From assembly GCA_964270895.1 (NCBI GenBank), contig OZ185437.1: DNA of 64,000 nucleotides, one strand, 5' to 3'. A model generated the notes under the pieces. It saw only the letters and a list, made by a program, of their open reading frames with translations. It was not told where the DNA came from and ran no database searches. Shown here in pieces: positions 11,296 to 23,971 of the stretch; position 1 is the first letter of the stretch, and each line of letters opens with the position of its first letter. This DNA is from Podarcis filfolensis (Eukaryota). Position numbers and translations under genes: made by a program.

Positions 11296-14132
11296 AGATG
11301 CACTTCATCAGTGACATCTGATCTCTGCACTATACATGAACACAAGTCTTTAGCCTTCCTGGACTTCCTTGCTACAAGGAAGATCAGTAACTGAGCCAGT
11401 ACAGACTGATCCATACCAGGTAATTTCTCGAAGGAAGGGGCAGGTGCTGGTGGATCCTTCCAGAAGTCCCATGAACAGCAATACATATTGATCCACATTG
11501 GACTTATGATTTGTGGTCAATTGGAATGTACACATGGTTACTTAAACTGCTAAAATGAATTCTGTCCTTGAGAATAACAACATTTTAAAATGGCCACCTG
11601 TTGAACCCACAATGCCCTACTGTTCTCTCCCCCTACCCCATGCACATACCCAGAAAAAAGTGGGAATGAACCTTTTCTTTGAATCTCTTTGAATGGTTGG
11701 CTATTGGAAATGGGAGGAGATATTATGTAAGTTAGGGAGACATCTATTAGTTGCTTGTATATGCAGCCTTTCCATCAAAAGATGGTTGAAACCGAACAAA
11801 ATTCAGAATTATTTGGCAGTGAGATTGCTATCACCTCATTTCTGCTGCTATCACCAGTTTGCATAGTGTGGCTGATAAAATGATACACTTCAGACAATGA
11901 CAGAATAATAACAATGGAATAGGGAACCAAACTTCTTCGGCCCGTGTCACTCACTAACTGCTTGGCACTGAAAAGCCTAGAAGTAGTGTCATAATCAATA
12001 TCTCTCTGCTTCTTTCCCTGCCTCTCTTTCTTTCAGATTCCCTTTTAAGAAGAGCCTTGAAAGTTAATAAATAATTAGCCAACTTATCGAAAGGGGAATA
12101 ACCTCGGGTTCAACTTTCTTAAAAAAAAATAGTTAAATAAAACATAAGGTGGTTTGGCACTTTCAGATTTCAAAAGCTACTTCCAAGAGATGAAACTCAG
12201 TGCGCTTAGATATTAAAGTCTCAGACCTGCAGTAATTGCCACTGGGTTAATATAGAATGAAAGAAGGTAAGAAATTTAGAACCAACTCCAGAATTGCTCA
12301 TGGAATAAGGATAGCATACTAAATTGGTATGGTGCCACAAAAAATATGAAGTTGCATTTTAAATAAAGTCTCTCTCTCTTTTTGTAATGCCTTTTTTTCC
12401 TCCACTCTGGCAGTAATCATTCTTCCACTCTGTTTAGGGTTACAGTATAGTATGCCACATGAACTGTATATTAGTCCTTGGCTATTCTGTGAGACTTTAT
12501 GTTGAAGTTTCTTTTCCCTCGTACATGGTTGTATATGGTGGAAGGTCTGTTACATGCACACCAGTGCAGAAGGACTACCTATGGAGCAACAAAAAATACC
12601 ACCAAAATCCACAAACAGGGTCTTTTGAATATCAATATAGGGATTTTACTTTACTCATATCTTTTTTTAGAGGACACACTGTTATAACTTTTCAAAACTA
12701 AATGAAAGATGCCTTTATAGTTCTGGTCAGCAGCAGGTTTTGCAAGACGTAAACTTCAGCCCAGTTTCCAACACCCACACCCTCGAGAGCCCCACTTCTT
12801 AGGCTACCTGCCAAATATAGAAATCCTTTACATCATCTTCTGCAGCTGAGTTAATGACTGGAGGAGAAGACAGGAGCACTCTTTTACAGAGCTGGATTTG
12901 GCAAGCGGCTTCCAGTTCTTGGTCACTAAAAATTCTGCCCCTGGTCCTGCACCTAAGCTGTCCTGCACCTGCACCTAGGTCCTGCACCTAAGCTAAACAG
13001 ATAATGCAAAAAACCTACAACTGTTGTTTTGATGGCAGAACAGAGTCAATAGAAAGAGATGTACTATAGTGTTGTTGCATTTTGAGATCTAGTATGGCAG
13101 ATTTCTACTGTTTCCTGTGTCTACTTGGCCAAAGAAGCAAAATGCACATTTTGTGCAGAGCAAGTTACTCTTTGGGGCAAGTCACCTGGTAGTAATTTGC
13201 ATTGTATGACGTTCCGTGGTTTTTATTGGCTTCCACAAAAAATAAACTGCTTAAAACAAGAGCCCACTTGCGAATAAATTGCTACTCCATATCTGACAAC
13301 AAACAGGGCAGGACGCTTCACAGCCAAAAGCTTTCATTGAAAACCATTGAAAACCCATTAAGAGGATTTCTGTTTAATTTGCACTCTGGTAAAAGAAAGC
13401 TTGTGATGGAAAGAAAAATTATTATCAATCAAAGACACCCATCCAGTGACAGGACAATGAAGATTAGTTTTGAGTAATATGTAAATTTGGAGTCATTTAC
13501 ATAACAATCAAATTGCTTGCCACTGACAGCCAAATGGCAGCATGTACACTATAAACAATAAAGGGGGACAGAATGCCACTCCAGGGAGCCCCCAACATGT
13601 GCCCCCAAGATGAACAAAAAACTCCTGTGGATAAAAAAAAGACATTTGTTTGTCCGGGGTGGGGGGGGGAGTATCCTGTGAGCAAGAAAAACCCTCTCGG
13701 CAGTTTCTGAACTAGCTTACAAGATTGCTATAATAATGTATTGTAATTGATTACATACAGTGGTAAGGCACAGTGTGTGTGTTTGTATAATATCATATCT
13801 CATCACAGTCTAGGTGGAAAGAATAATGTTGGGGGAAATTTACAACTGGGAGAATTCAAAACACGAACCTGCTCATTTTGGAAATCCTCATTCCATTTGT
13901 GCTGAACTCATACCCTGTTCATATCAGGGTGTGGCTCACAGATCACACATTCCACCAGCAGCCCTAGCTGCCAGCCCACCCCCTTCCCTAACAACGCCCC
14001 CAATTCACACATACCCCATAACACCTTTGCTTTCTAGGAGGGAGGCTTTTATGGTGAAGCACTAAGGAATTCACATCCTGCCACGGAGATGGTTAAGTTT
14101 TAAGTTCTGCTTTGGATAGTCATTTCTGCAGG

Positions 14133-14133
<1 letters not shown>

Positions 14134-14176
<43 letters not shown>

Positions 14177-15490
14177 CACCCTTTATCAAAAGATCTCAGG
14201 GCAGTGTACAACATTAGAAACACATTACAAAACATATCAAGGATAAAAACATAGTAAAAAGCATACTGACAGACAGTAAAAGAATCATCACAATTACAGT
14301 CCTCTCCCTCACACTTTCATAGGCCATAGATTACTTAATATCCACAGGCCTGGGTAAAGAGGAATGTTTTTGCCTGGTGTCCAAAGACATGTAATGATGG
14401 CACCAGGTGAGCCTCTCTAGGGAGAGCATTCCACAATTGGGGAGCCACCACAGAAAAGGCCCCTTCTCTTGTCGCCACCCCTCCCTGGGAACCTCTCTGG
14501 GAGTGGGGACATAGAGAAGGGCCTCAGGTGACAAGCACAGGGTTCAGTTCAGTTTGTATTGGGAGAGGTGATTCTTAAGGTATTGAGGTCCTGAGCCATT
14601 TAAGGCTTTATATGTTAACACCAGCACTTTGAATTGGGCCCGGAATCTAATTGGTAACCAATGCAGTTGTGCCAGGATTGGTGGTATATGCTCAAACCAT
14701 CTTGTTCTGGTGAGCAATCCGACCATTGCATTTTGCAACAGCTGCTGAAGCTTCCAAACCGTCTTAAGAGGCAGCCCCATGCATAATGCATTGCAGTAAT
14801 CCAAACTAGAGGTTACCAGAGCATAAGCAGAAGTTAGGCTATCCTTGTCCAGATAGGGGCACAGCTGGGCCACCAGCTGAAGCTGGCAGAAGGCACTCCA
14901 TGCCATCGAGGTCACCTGGACCTCAAGTGACAGAAGTGGATTCAGGAGCATGCCCAACCTATGTACCTGCTCCTTAACAGGGAGTGTAACCCGCTCAAAG
15001 CAGGCAATCTTCCACCCATTTGGTCTAGGGAACCACCCACTGGCAGTGTCTGAGTATTATCTGGATTGAACTTCAGTTTATTGACTCCCATCCTGTCCTT
15101 TACTGAGACAAGACACCAGTCCAGCACTTGCACAGCCACACCTGCAGATGAGAAATGAGAAATAGAGCTGTCATTAGCATACTGCTGACAACACATGCCA
15201 AAGCTCTGGATGACTCCACTCAGTGGCTTCATATAGATATTAAACAACATGGGGGATAGAATTGAGCCTCGAGGGGCACTATAGCATCACGGGCTGAAAA
15301 CAACCATCCAAGTAGGACTGGAACCACTGCAGAGCAGTGTCACCTACCCGAACTCAAATAGCCTCTCCAGGAGGATACAATGGTTGGTGGTATCAAAAGC
15401 CACCAAGAGGTCAAGGAGGATTAATAGGGACTCATTGCTCCTGCTGTCGCTCTCCCTGTCTCTCTGTCCCTCCCTCTACTGTCAGAGGTA
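14134..15490 (-). mobile_element. Degenerate L2 LINE (RT to 3' end) with (AAT)n tail
   Basis: Broken frames give LLDLLVAFDT, LFNIYMKPL...QQYAND (YADD), LVTSSLDYCNAL and LHWLPIRFRAQFKVLVLTYKALNG; microsatellite tail at 14134-14175. Confidence 0.92.
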
Positions 15491-15577
15491 ATATGCCTTT
15501 GAATGCCAGTTGCTGGGATACACAAGTGGGAAGAATGGTGTCAACTCTCAGGTTGACTTTTCAGGCTTCCCATAGAC

Positions 15578-15746
15578 CAGGGTGGCATAGGGGTTGGAGT
15601 GTTGGACTAGGACCTGGGAGACCAGGGTTCAAATCCCCACAGCCATGAAGCTCACAGGGTTATTGTGGGAATTAAATGGGGGGGGGGGGAGGAGAACCAA
15701 GTATGTCACTCTGAGCTCCTTGGGGAAAAGGTGGGATAGAAATGCA
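15578..15746 (+). mobile_element. Older tRNA-derived SINE (Squam3/MIR-like)
   Basis: tRNA-like head (GGTTCAAATCCC box B) and a body/tail shared with 55882-56050. Confidence 0.65.
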
Positions 15747-15797
15747 GTAGGTAGGTAGGTAGGTAGGTAGGTAGGTAGGTAGATAGATAGATGATAG
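15747..15797. repeat. (GGTA)n/(GATA)n compound microsatellite, interrupted by an LTR (continues 16429-16440)
   Basis: Directly visible. Confidence 0.9.
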
Positions 15798-16428
15798 TGT
15801 GATGGCCTGGGACTTGGGCTCAGGCTCGGAACCAGAGGAGACTCAGTCTGCACCGGATCCTTTGTCTCAGGCATCATCTGAACCAAGTCTGGGGCCTGAT
15901 CCTGGAGAGTCCCAGTCTGCACAGGTTCCCCTGCAACAAGCACCAGCTGGGCCGAGTCAGGGGCCTGAGCCTGCCCTGGCTCCAGATGCGGGGATTACCT
16001 CCTTACCCTCTGCTGGGCCATCACTTACAGCTGCTCCACTACCGGTTTGGTCAGGGGAGGCTGAGGCAGCCCCTTGGTCTAGTAACCCACCAACGTCTCC
16101 CGATCTGCAGAGACTGAGGTCTGAGAGAAGGAGAGACCTGAGTACTCACAGGAGGATTGCTCACTTTTGGGAAAAACAGGGAGGTGAGTTGCCGGGGGAT
16201 CAGGACCGGCCGCTACCCCGACAAAGATAAAAGGCTGTCGGACCCTGCCCCAGGTTGTGGGAATAACATTGCTGTATGCTAGATCCTGTCTGAGATCCTG
16301 TACCTGACCTTGCCTGGTTTCCTGCCTCGTGTCCTGCCTTGGCCCGGCTGGACTGACTCCCAGCAGAACCTTTGGATTCTGGACCAGTCCTGGACCGTGT
16401 TTCATGGGTTACCCCCGGGCCCAGCACA
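15798..16428 (+). mobile_element. Solo LTR, family A copy 1 (probably Gypsy-type)
   Basis: TG...CA termini (TGTGATGGCCTGG...CAGCACA) and flanking GATAG/GATAG, though the site is a GATA repeat. Homologous to 62112-62687. Confidence 0.85.
15802..16230 (+). CDS. LTR-embedded ORF, 142 aa, acidic/Pro-rich N-part and Arg-rich C-part (hypothetical retrotransposon accessory protein)
   Basis: Open from ATG at LTR nt 5 to TAA in GATAAAA. Homologous in frame to 62116-62478, with a synonymous-biased conserved block. Confidence 0.55.
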   Translation: MAWDLGSGSEPEETQSAPDPLSQASSEPSLGPDPGESQSAQVPLQQAPAGPSQGPEPALAPDAGITSLPSAGPSLTAAPLPVWSGEAEAAPWSSNPPTSPDLQRLRSERRRDLSTHRRIAHFWEKQGGELPGDQDRPLPRQR

Positions 16429-17569
16429 GATAGATAGATAAAACTACCTATCTATCAGTCCCACCCCAGTGATGATCTATTGGCCTGATCTTCTGGAACT
16501 CTTTCAGTCATGAACTTATGTCCAACTGCAGTACTTCCAAGGTAGCTTACAGCTTAGATGGTAGAACTAATGAAGACAAGAGGACAAAACATTTTACAGC
16601 AATGACTTAAATACCCCAGTAAAAAAATGATTCAGGTAGAACTAACTTTATTTACCAGAAATTTATCCTAGCTGGAAGTTCAGAGAGATAGTTTTAAAAA
16701 AAAGTTATTGCAATTGCCATAGCACTGAGCTTTAAATTAAAATGCAAGCTGCACTGGTCATGGGTCTATGCTGTAACTCAAGAGAGACCTGCAAAAGGTC
16801 TGACACTGAGGATGGGCTTGTGGCTTTGGCATACATTCTTTCTAGACATCGTCAACTTGTACCCTATTGCTTCTGTTAGGTCTCTGACCAAACAGAGATC
16901 CCCTTTCATGAGGCACATGTGACTTTTCTTTGACTGTCAGCGCTTACTCAGTGGTTGGGGTACAGGAGGAAATGGATGTGCTGACTGAAGTCAAGATGGT
17001 TTGAAGACCATGCATAACCTGAGCAAATTCAAGGCAAGTGTTTCAGCCGTCTTTAGACTCACAGGCTTGTGATATTACTTTCAGTAGCTATTAATGTGCA
17101 TGGAATTGCTGCTAGGAGCAATGGTAAGGAAGGCTTTTCAGCACCATCTAGTGTAAAGACTGTGACCCTGAATTTGGGTCTGACAATCATGATTCATACT
17201 TTTGTAAACTTGAGAGAACAAGACTAAATTGCAATGTGCTGTGCTCTCAACTGCCTTTGAGGGCTATTCCAAAACTGTGGTTCTGAATAGTAAATAAAAA
17301 TGAAAAAACCCACTGAAATGCTAAGTATTGTTTTTAGTATTGATTGTTGGGTTCCACAAACCCATCACACGAGTGCTTCTGTGACTGTACTGGCTCCCTG
17401 TAATTTTCTCAGTACTATCCAAGAGACGTGTATCGATATATAATCCCTTGCGGTTTATGCCTCAGGTAAGACAGTTTCTTCTCTTATGTCTCACTGTGAT
17501 TTCTAGGGCCAGTTCACACATTATATGGTGGAGTTGTGAAACAACTGCAGGTATTCCTCAATGAGACGG

Positions 17570-17836
17570 ATGATCCACTACGGACTGGCTTTGAAACTGA
17601 ATCAATCTTGGTCTCCGTGGCTTTTGATACCATTGACCATGGACCAACCCAGTGGGATGGGCATCAGAAGTATCATGTTTAAGAGTAGCACCCAGTGGGT
17701 GTTCCTTGGCCTCCTGGCACTTTTGGCCTCCTGGCTCTGAAGGGTAATATCCTTTCCCGAGTGCTATTCAATATTTATATGAAGCTGTTGGGAGCAATCA
17801 CTAGGTGTTTGGGGCAAGGGATCACCAGTACACTGA
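17570..17836 (+). mobile_element. Highly degenerate internal L2 RT fragment
   Basis: Frames give VAFDTIDHG and ILSRVLFNIYMKLLGAI, matching the L2 at 14134-15490. Confidence 0.6.
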
Positions 17837-18127
17837 AAGGGAAAATATCACTTGTGCAAATCAAGAACATTTGTAATGCTGTAGATGGTTCTGGTTGCCA
17901 ATCTTATACAAAATTATTGCAAACCTGGGAAAAGTGGAGAAATGATCAAGGACTTGGAGACCCTTCTCAGCCTACAAGGAAAAGTTAAACATTTGATTCT
18001 TGGAGGGAGGGGGGCTAAAGTTTACTAAGGAAGGAGATGATTTCATTATATAAATTTAATTAAATAAAATTATTAAATATTTAAAGAGAGAGAGGGGAGA
18101 GAATTTTTTCACTAACCCTCACAACAC

Positions 18128-18176
<49 letters not shown>

Positions 18177-18250
18177 TTTATTTATATCCCGCCCTCCCCA
18201 GCCGAAGCCGGGCTCAGAGCGGCTAACAACAGTAAAATGATACAACAACT
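18128..18250 (-). mobile_element. L2 3' end with (TTA)n tail
   Basis: Reverse complement reads TGTTAGCCGCTCTGAGCCCGGCTTCGGCTGGGGAGGGCGGGATATAAATAAA followed by the microsatellite 18128-18176. Confidence 0.75.
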
Positions 18251-18544
18251 AAAACTCACCCTCCCCCATTGAACTGACTGGAAGTTGACTGAGATGTTCT
18301 TAAAATGAAAATACTTCTTTACACAACACACAGTTATAGAATTTGGTGCAACATGACAATGATCACTGGATTAGGTATTTTAAATAGGAACTGGACAAAT
18401 TCATGGAAGACGTATTTATTTTATTTTATTATTTTTAATACACTATCCAGAACTACATAGAGCAGGAGATGCCAAGCTGTGGCTGCAGATGTTGCTAGAT
18501 AAGAACTGCCATCGTTCCAGTCAACACTGGCCCTGCTGTTTGAG

Positions 18545-19090
18545 GCTCATAGGAGGAAAAGTCCAACATGTGGAGTGCCACAGATTCCCCACCCATGACC
18601 AGGCTTTAAAGATCAAGACCAAAACTTTGAATTGGACCTAGAAATCAACTGGCAAGCAGCACAGATGTTTGCAAATAGGTGGCATACGAGTGTGCCAACT
18701 CAAATCTGTCAATAGGAAAGCAATGGCATTTTGCACTAGCAGGAGCTTCTGAACAATTTTCAAAGGCAACCTCATGTAGAGCACATTGGAAGCTTGGAAA
18801 TCATCATAGCATGAATGTCAGGTTTCTGTTTTTCTGTAGCAGAAATAGATGCCCTATTAGGCAACAGTATTGAAAGACATTCCAGGCCACAGTATTACCT
18901 TGGATTTGGGGAGCAATTCAAGTTCAGGAGCACCTTTACCTAGGAACCTGATTCTTACAGGATTGTGCAGTCACACCTTGAACAGATAGTTGTCTAGCAA
19001 TCATGTTCATTGAGCTCCTCACTATTATCACCTTATCTGCCTTAAATCCTTTCCAGCTTCATCTTCTAGCTTCATCTTACAGGAAGGAGC
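18545..19090 (-). mobile_element. Old L2 LINE fragment
   Basis: AGGCTTTAAAGATCAAGACCAAAACTTTGAATTGGACC (~18601-18638) resembles the L2 segment at ~14602-14640. Confidence 0.5.
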
Positions 19091-19412
19091 AGATCCACTG
19101 CAACATGGTTTCTTCAGTCCAGAAAGGTGGTGCAGAAGTTCTGGGGACAGAAAAGGAGGGAGGGTGAAATGAATTCCTTTTGATGAACTTGGTGGGGAGC
19201 CTTACTCTTATGACTGAGGCGGCAGAAGAGATGCAATTGGCAGTTCTGTGGCAGGGCAAATATCTCCTTCAAAATGGTAGTGTTGTATTCACTGAAAGCT
19301 GCAATGTTCTCACAGGCTCACTGACCATCTCTGTAGGCTCACTTAGGGACTTGGTTTCTGCAGAATGGACATGAAAAACAGAATCCCCAGTCTGTCTGAA
19401 CAGTCAATCATT

Positions 19413-19713
19413 AGGTAAACGATAAAGGTAAAGGTACCCCTGACTGTTAGGTCCAGTCACAGACGACTTTGGGGTTGTGTGCTCATCTCGCTCTATAGGC
19501 CAAGGGAGCTGGCGTTTGTCTGCAGACAGCTTCCGGGTCATGCGGCCAGCATGACTAAGCTGCTTCTGGCGAACCAGAGCAGTGCATGGAAACACTGTTT
19601 ACCTTCCCGCCAGAGCGGTACCTATTTATCTACTTGCATTTTGATGTGCTTTCGAACTGCTAGGTGGACAGGAGCTGGGACCGAACAACGGGAGCTCGCC
19701 CCGTTGCGGGGAT
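19413..19713 (-). mobile_element. Sauria SINE (Squam1), 5'-truncated in the tRNA head
   Basis: Characteristic body (GCAGTTCGAAAGCAC, TAGATAAATAGGTACC) and (ACCTTT)n tail on the minus strand. Confidence 0.9.
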
Positions 19714-19879
19714 GCTCTGTGTGCCACCCACATCCCTCTCAATCATTAGGTACATACACTCAATAAACAAATTCTGCCAGATCAGGCATCTGGTATGCAA
19801 GTCTGTAATCAACAGTGGCTAATCAATAGTTCCAAAATGTATAAGATGGATCAGAATAATAGCCATGGAATATCCAAAT

Positions 19880-20010
19880 CTTCAGAGATAGTAGCTTTCC
19901 ATGTCTCAGACAGGATTCTCTTGTAACCCCACAATCTGAGATCCTGCCCTGTAGATGCCAGGGAATGAGTCTGGGACCCTTCCCATACACAGTGGGTGCC
20001 CTACCAGTAA
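19880..20010 (-). mobile_element. Degenerate tRNA-derived SINE head
   Basis: Reverse complement GGTCCCAGACTCATTCCCTGGCATCT resembles a tRNA box B region; a related plus-strand relic lies at ~49020-49120. Confidence 0.4.
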
Positions 20011-21914
20011 ACTAGACCTGCCAAATCCAATCAGGTTTGAATGATTTTCTATAAAAACAGGCTTGCAAATAAAGGTTATCATTTTACCACTGACGTATAA
20101 CTGCTTTTATTTTATTTTTATTTTCACAGTTTCTTTTCATTGAGGCATTGTTGAATTTTATCATTTGACAAAAGGAAGCAGACATTCTGGCAAAGTCAAA
20201 TCTAGTTCTTCTCTTTAAAGGATCTCATTAGTAGAGTAAGAATGTGCAATCTCCACCTATATTTAAGCACACTCTACTGGTCAAACAATTTCTACATCAA
20301 ACCAGTTTCTTTTCTATTTTTTTTTTTTTAAGATGAAGCCTGAAGACTTAGTTACTGCTCATCCCCTAGTCGCATCAGTCAGTAACATGGGATTTAAGGT
20401 GTCAAAATGATGGAGAACAGTTCAATTTGTTTTAACATGGTGACTGTGCTCATGCACATATTAGGCATCTCAAAGTGGCATCACCTGAAATGATGTGTGT
20501 TAAAGGAGGAAATTAATGGGTAAGATAAAATGAAAGTTATAATTATTTCATATCATATTTAATTTTTTTAAAAAGAAAATAGCTCAAATGTAATTTCTTT
20601 GTTAAAGCAGGGACTTTTGGAAGAAAAAGGGAAAGAGTGAGTAAAACTTTTCTCAGCTAATTGCTTGAGTCTAATTAGAGAAAGTAACCTTTGGAGGAAT
20701 AGTGGCTGTTGAAACTTGATTTTATTTGCATATATTAATATGTACATGGCAATTACACCCCCAGAGAAAGTACAGCCTGTGCCCCAAAAGCCTAGTTTTA
20801 AATTTAGAACCAAGGAAGAAATTTTGAAGCAACTTAAATACATTCCACAGGCACCATAGAACCACGAGACATTTTATGAAATGCTTGCACTGTTGAAATG
20901 GGAATCATCTGTCACACTGTCATTCTTTAGACGATGTGCGATTCCCATGTATGCACATCTCGCAGGTCTAAAGAAATGTGCTGCAGCTGTAGATCTTTGA
21001 TATAATTTATATTATGTATTTATTAAATTCCATCTGATAGATGCTTCGTGTGCCTTATGTTATTATAAGAGATCTTCAGTTATTTTTTGTTGTTGATTAA
21101 AATGATCTAATTAACCCCCCAAAATCATGCACTGTCAAGAGAATGGAAACAGCCAGTGTGTTTTCCCATGTGCCAGATGCCTTTTTGAAAGCTCTGTGTG
21201 TCTCCCTCCCGCCATCTCAAGGTGAGTGGTGACCATAGGCTGGACATCTTTTATTTTAGCACCCCATATTTGAAACTTCTTTCTCGTGGTTTGCATTACA
21301 TTTTTTGTTTTATGACTGAAGATTGGCAGGGGGTGGGAATCACTTAAAAATAAATAAATTAATTAAGTAAATAACAGCCTGTGTTTAACGTGGATGAGAA
21401 ATTTCAAGAGCAGTCCCTTCGGGCCATTGCCTCTGAGTGTTCACAGTACATTTTGTGCCTTTGCAACTGTTTTTCTCCCGGTCGATGGCGGCAGAATAGA
21501 CAGAATAGATTCTGAACACAAAAATGGGTATAGAGGAAAGGGATCACCACCTTCTCCCCAGCCATTCACCTGTCTATACTGCACCAGATTGCAGCCCCCT
21601 CCCCCACACATTGCTTCTCATTAAAAAGGAAGGGGAAAGCCTGGGCAAAGTTACATGCAAGTCACAGACAATTTGGGGCTTAACATAGATTGGCAGAGAG
21701 AGGTGGCTCTAGTTCTGTGAGAGGTTGTCAGCTCTTTCAGTTCTCCCCATGTTCTGGCTCACTAATTGCAGGACTAGCAAGTCAGAGGTTAAATTGAATT
21801 GTTATCCTGGCTGGATCTTCCTCATTGAGCAAAACAGAAGACAGAGAGCAGGGTGACAGTCAAATTCAGACTACTGACAGTGTTTTACCATGAGATATTG
21901 AAATATTCAAAAAA

Positions 21915-22635
21915 GAGAGATATAGTAGCCATGGGAACTACCCTGATATCTGTTGGAACTCAAATTCTGCCAATAATGTAAGGTCCAACAAATTCCTCAG
22001 CTGACTCGCGGAATTGATCAATGAAGTGGAAATCCTGGGAACCTGGGGAGGAAGTGATCGTGCCCTCTTGGTTTCATTCTACAGAGGCAAGGGAATGATG
22101 AGTGTAGCTGGACATGCACTTTGGACTTTAATACGGCTGATTTCAAAAGCTTAAGAAGCTACTGGGTGAAATTCTTTGGTTCTCAGAGAGAAGGGAGGCC
22201 AAGATGGATGGGAGTTTCTTAAAGGTGAAATACTGAAGGAACAACCGCTAATAATTCCAACATGAAAGAAAAGTGGGAGGCCATCTAAAGAAACCAGCGT
22301 AGCTGCAATAAAGAGCTAGCAGATGAGCTGAGATTTAAGAAGAGCATGTATAAGAATGGGAAGAAAGTGGAAATCATGAAGGAGTATACAAGCACAGCCA
22401 GCTATTTCAGGAGAAGGTCAGGCAGGCCAAAGCTCAGAATGAGCTCAGGCTTGGAAGAGAGGTTAGGAATAATTAAAAAGGTTTCTTCGGCTATGTCTGA
22501 AGCAAGAGGAAGAACGAGGAAGAATGACAGAGAGAAGGCGGAACTGCTCAACACCTACTTTGCCTTTGACTTTACCCATAAGCAAAAGCAATGCCCAACC
22601 TGGTGATAACAAAATAAATGATGCAAGGAGGGAAA
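21915..22635 (+). mobile_element. Degenerate internal CR1 fragment (endonuclease end to RT linker)
   Basis: Broken frames give YPDICWNSNSA, GTWGGSD, LDFNTADFK and EKAELLNTYFA. Confidence 0.8.
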
Positions 22636-22709
22636 AGAGGTCTTTTAAATTACTAAATCTTCAATTTTGCTTTCTTACCATTTATTTTACTTTATTTTAT
22701 TCATATTAG

Positions 22710-22778
22710 TAGAATCATAGAATCGCAGAATTGGAAGGGACCCCAAGTGTCATCTAGTTTAACCCCCTGCAACCCAGG
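22710..22778 (-). mobile_element. CR1 3' end
   Basis: TAGAATCATAGAATC...TTGGAAGGGACC...CATCTAG...AACCCCCTGC. Confidence 0.8.
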
Positions 22779-23426
22779 ATAACTTGCAGTATTTGTTATA
22801 TTAACTAGAGTAAGCTGGTTTTTAACTGTATAATAAATTATAGATAGATAGAATATAAATAATGTCAAAACCAGTTGGATGTGTTAGAGGCATTTGAGAA
22901 CAATATTTTAGAACTCAAGTCATTCAAATATTACACCTTTATTAGCCATTTCTCTTAGAGGCAAGATAGAAAGGGACTAGAAATGTCAAAGAATGAAGGA
23001 AGAAGATTGTACAGGATATACATACCTAACACGAGTATCATTGAAGATCAAACAAAGCATGAAATAAGGGAGATAAGAACAAGTTATTGTGGGGTAAAAT
23101 CACTGCATGCAGAACTGCTTGGTTTGGGGCACCATTCCCCGTATCTCCTGTATGGGTAGGGGGGAAAGGAGCCTAGTTGCAGAAAGCAGCATACCAAAGG
23201 CTCAGGTGGAGATCAAAAGCTGGGCATGGATTGGATAGCCTGACTCTGTTTGTTCGCAGCACCTGGTACTTAAACAGCAAGGAGATTAAGATCCATTGTT
23301 GGATAGTTGACATAAATCATGTTGGTAAGTGATTGGAGACCTGCACGTGAGAGAGCAGGAATGAACAGTTGCCCCACTAAACTTGCATTGTAAACTACAA
23401 ATGATTCCTAAATCATTTCTACATTT

Positions 23427-23971
23427 TGTTGTTGTTGTTTAGTCGTTTAGTCGTGTCCGACTCTTCGTGACCCCATGGACCAGAGCACGCCAGGCACTTC
23501 TGTCCTCCACTGCCTCCCGCAGTTTGATCAAACTCATGCTGGTAGCTTCAAGAACACCATCCAACCATCTCATCCTCTGTCGTCCCCTTCTCCTTGTGCC
23601 CTCCATCTTTCCCAACATCAGGGTCTTTTCCAGGGAGTCTTCTCTTCTCATGAGGTGGCCAAAGTATTGGAGCCTCAGCTTCACGATCTGTCCTTCCATT
23701 GAGCACTCAGGGCTGATTTCCTTTAGAATGGAGAGGTTTGATCTTCTTGCAGTCCATGGGACTCTCAAGAGTCTCCTCCAGCACCATAGTTCAAAAGCAT
23801 CAATTCTTTGGCGATCAGCCTTCTTTATGGTCCAGCTCTCACTTCCATACATCACTACTGGGAAAACCATAGCTTTTACTGTACGGACCTTTGTTGGCAA
23901 GGTGATGTCTCTACTTTTTAAGATGCTGTCTAGGTTTGTCATTGCTTTTCTCCCAAGAAGCAGGCGTCTTT
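23427..23971 (-). mobile_element. 5'-truncated RTE/Bov-B LINE with 11-bp TSD
   Basis: Intact ORF C-terminus LDSILKSRDITLPTKV...WRALVHGVTKSRTRLND* (23439-23942); (CAA)n tail; TTTCTACATTT at 23416-23426 and 23972-23982. Confidence 0.96.

Noticed and set aside
12943-12994. Three imperfect copies of GTCCTGCACCTAAGCT
   Set aside because: Ordinary local slippage duplication; no spacers, so not CRISPR-like.
16079-16427. Antisense and alternative-frame ORFs in LTR-A copies (also 61997-62257, 62210-62629)
   Set aside because: Start and stop positions are not conserved between copies, and the synonymous bias is in the plus ATG frame.
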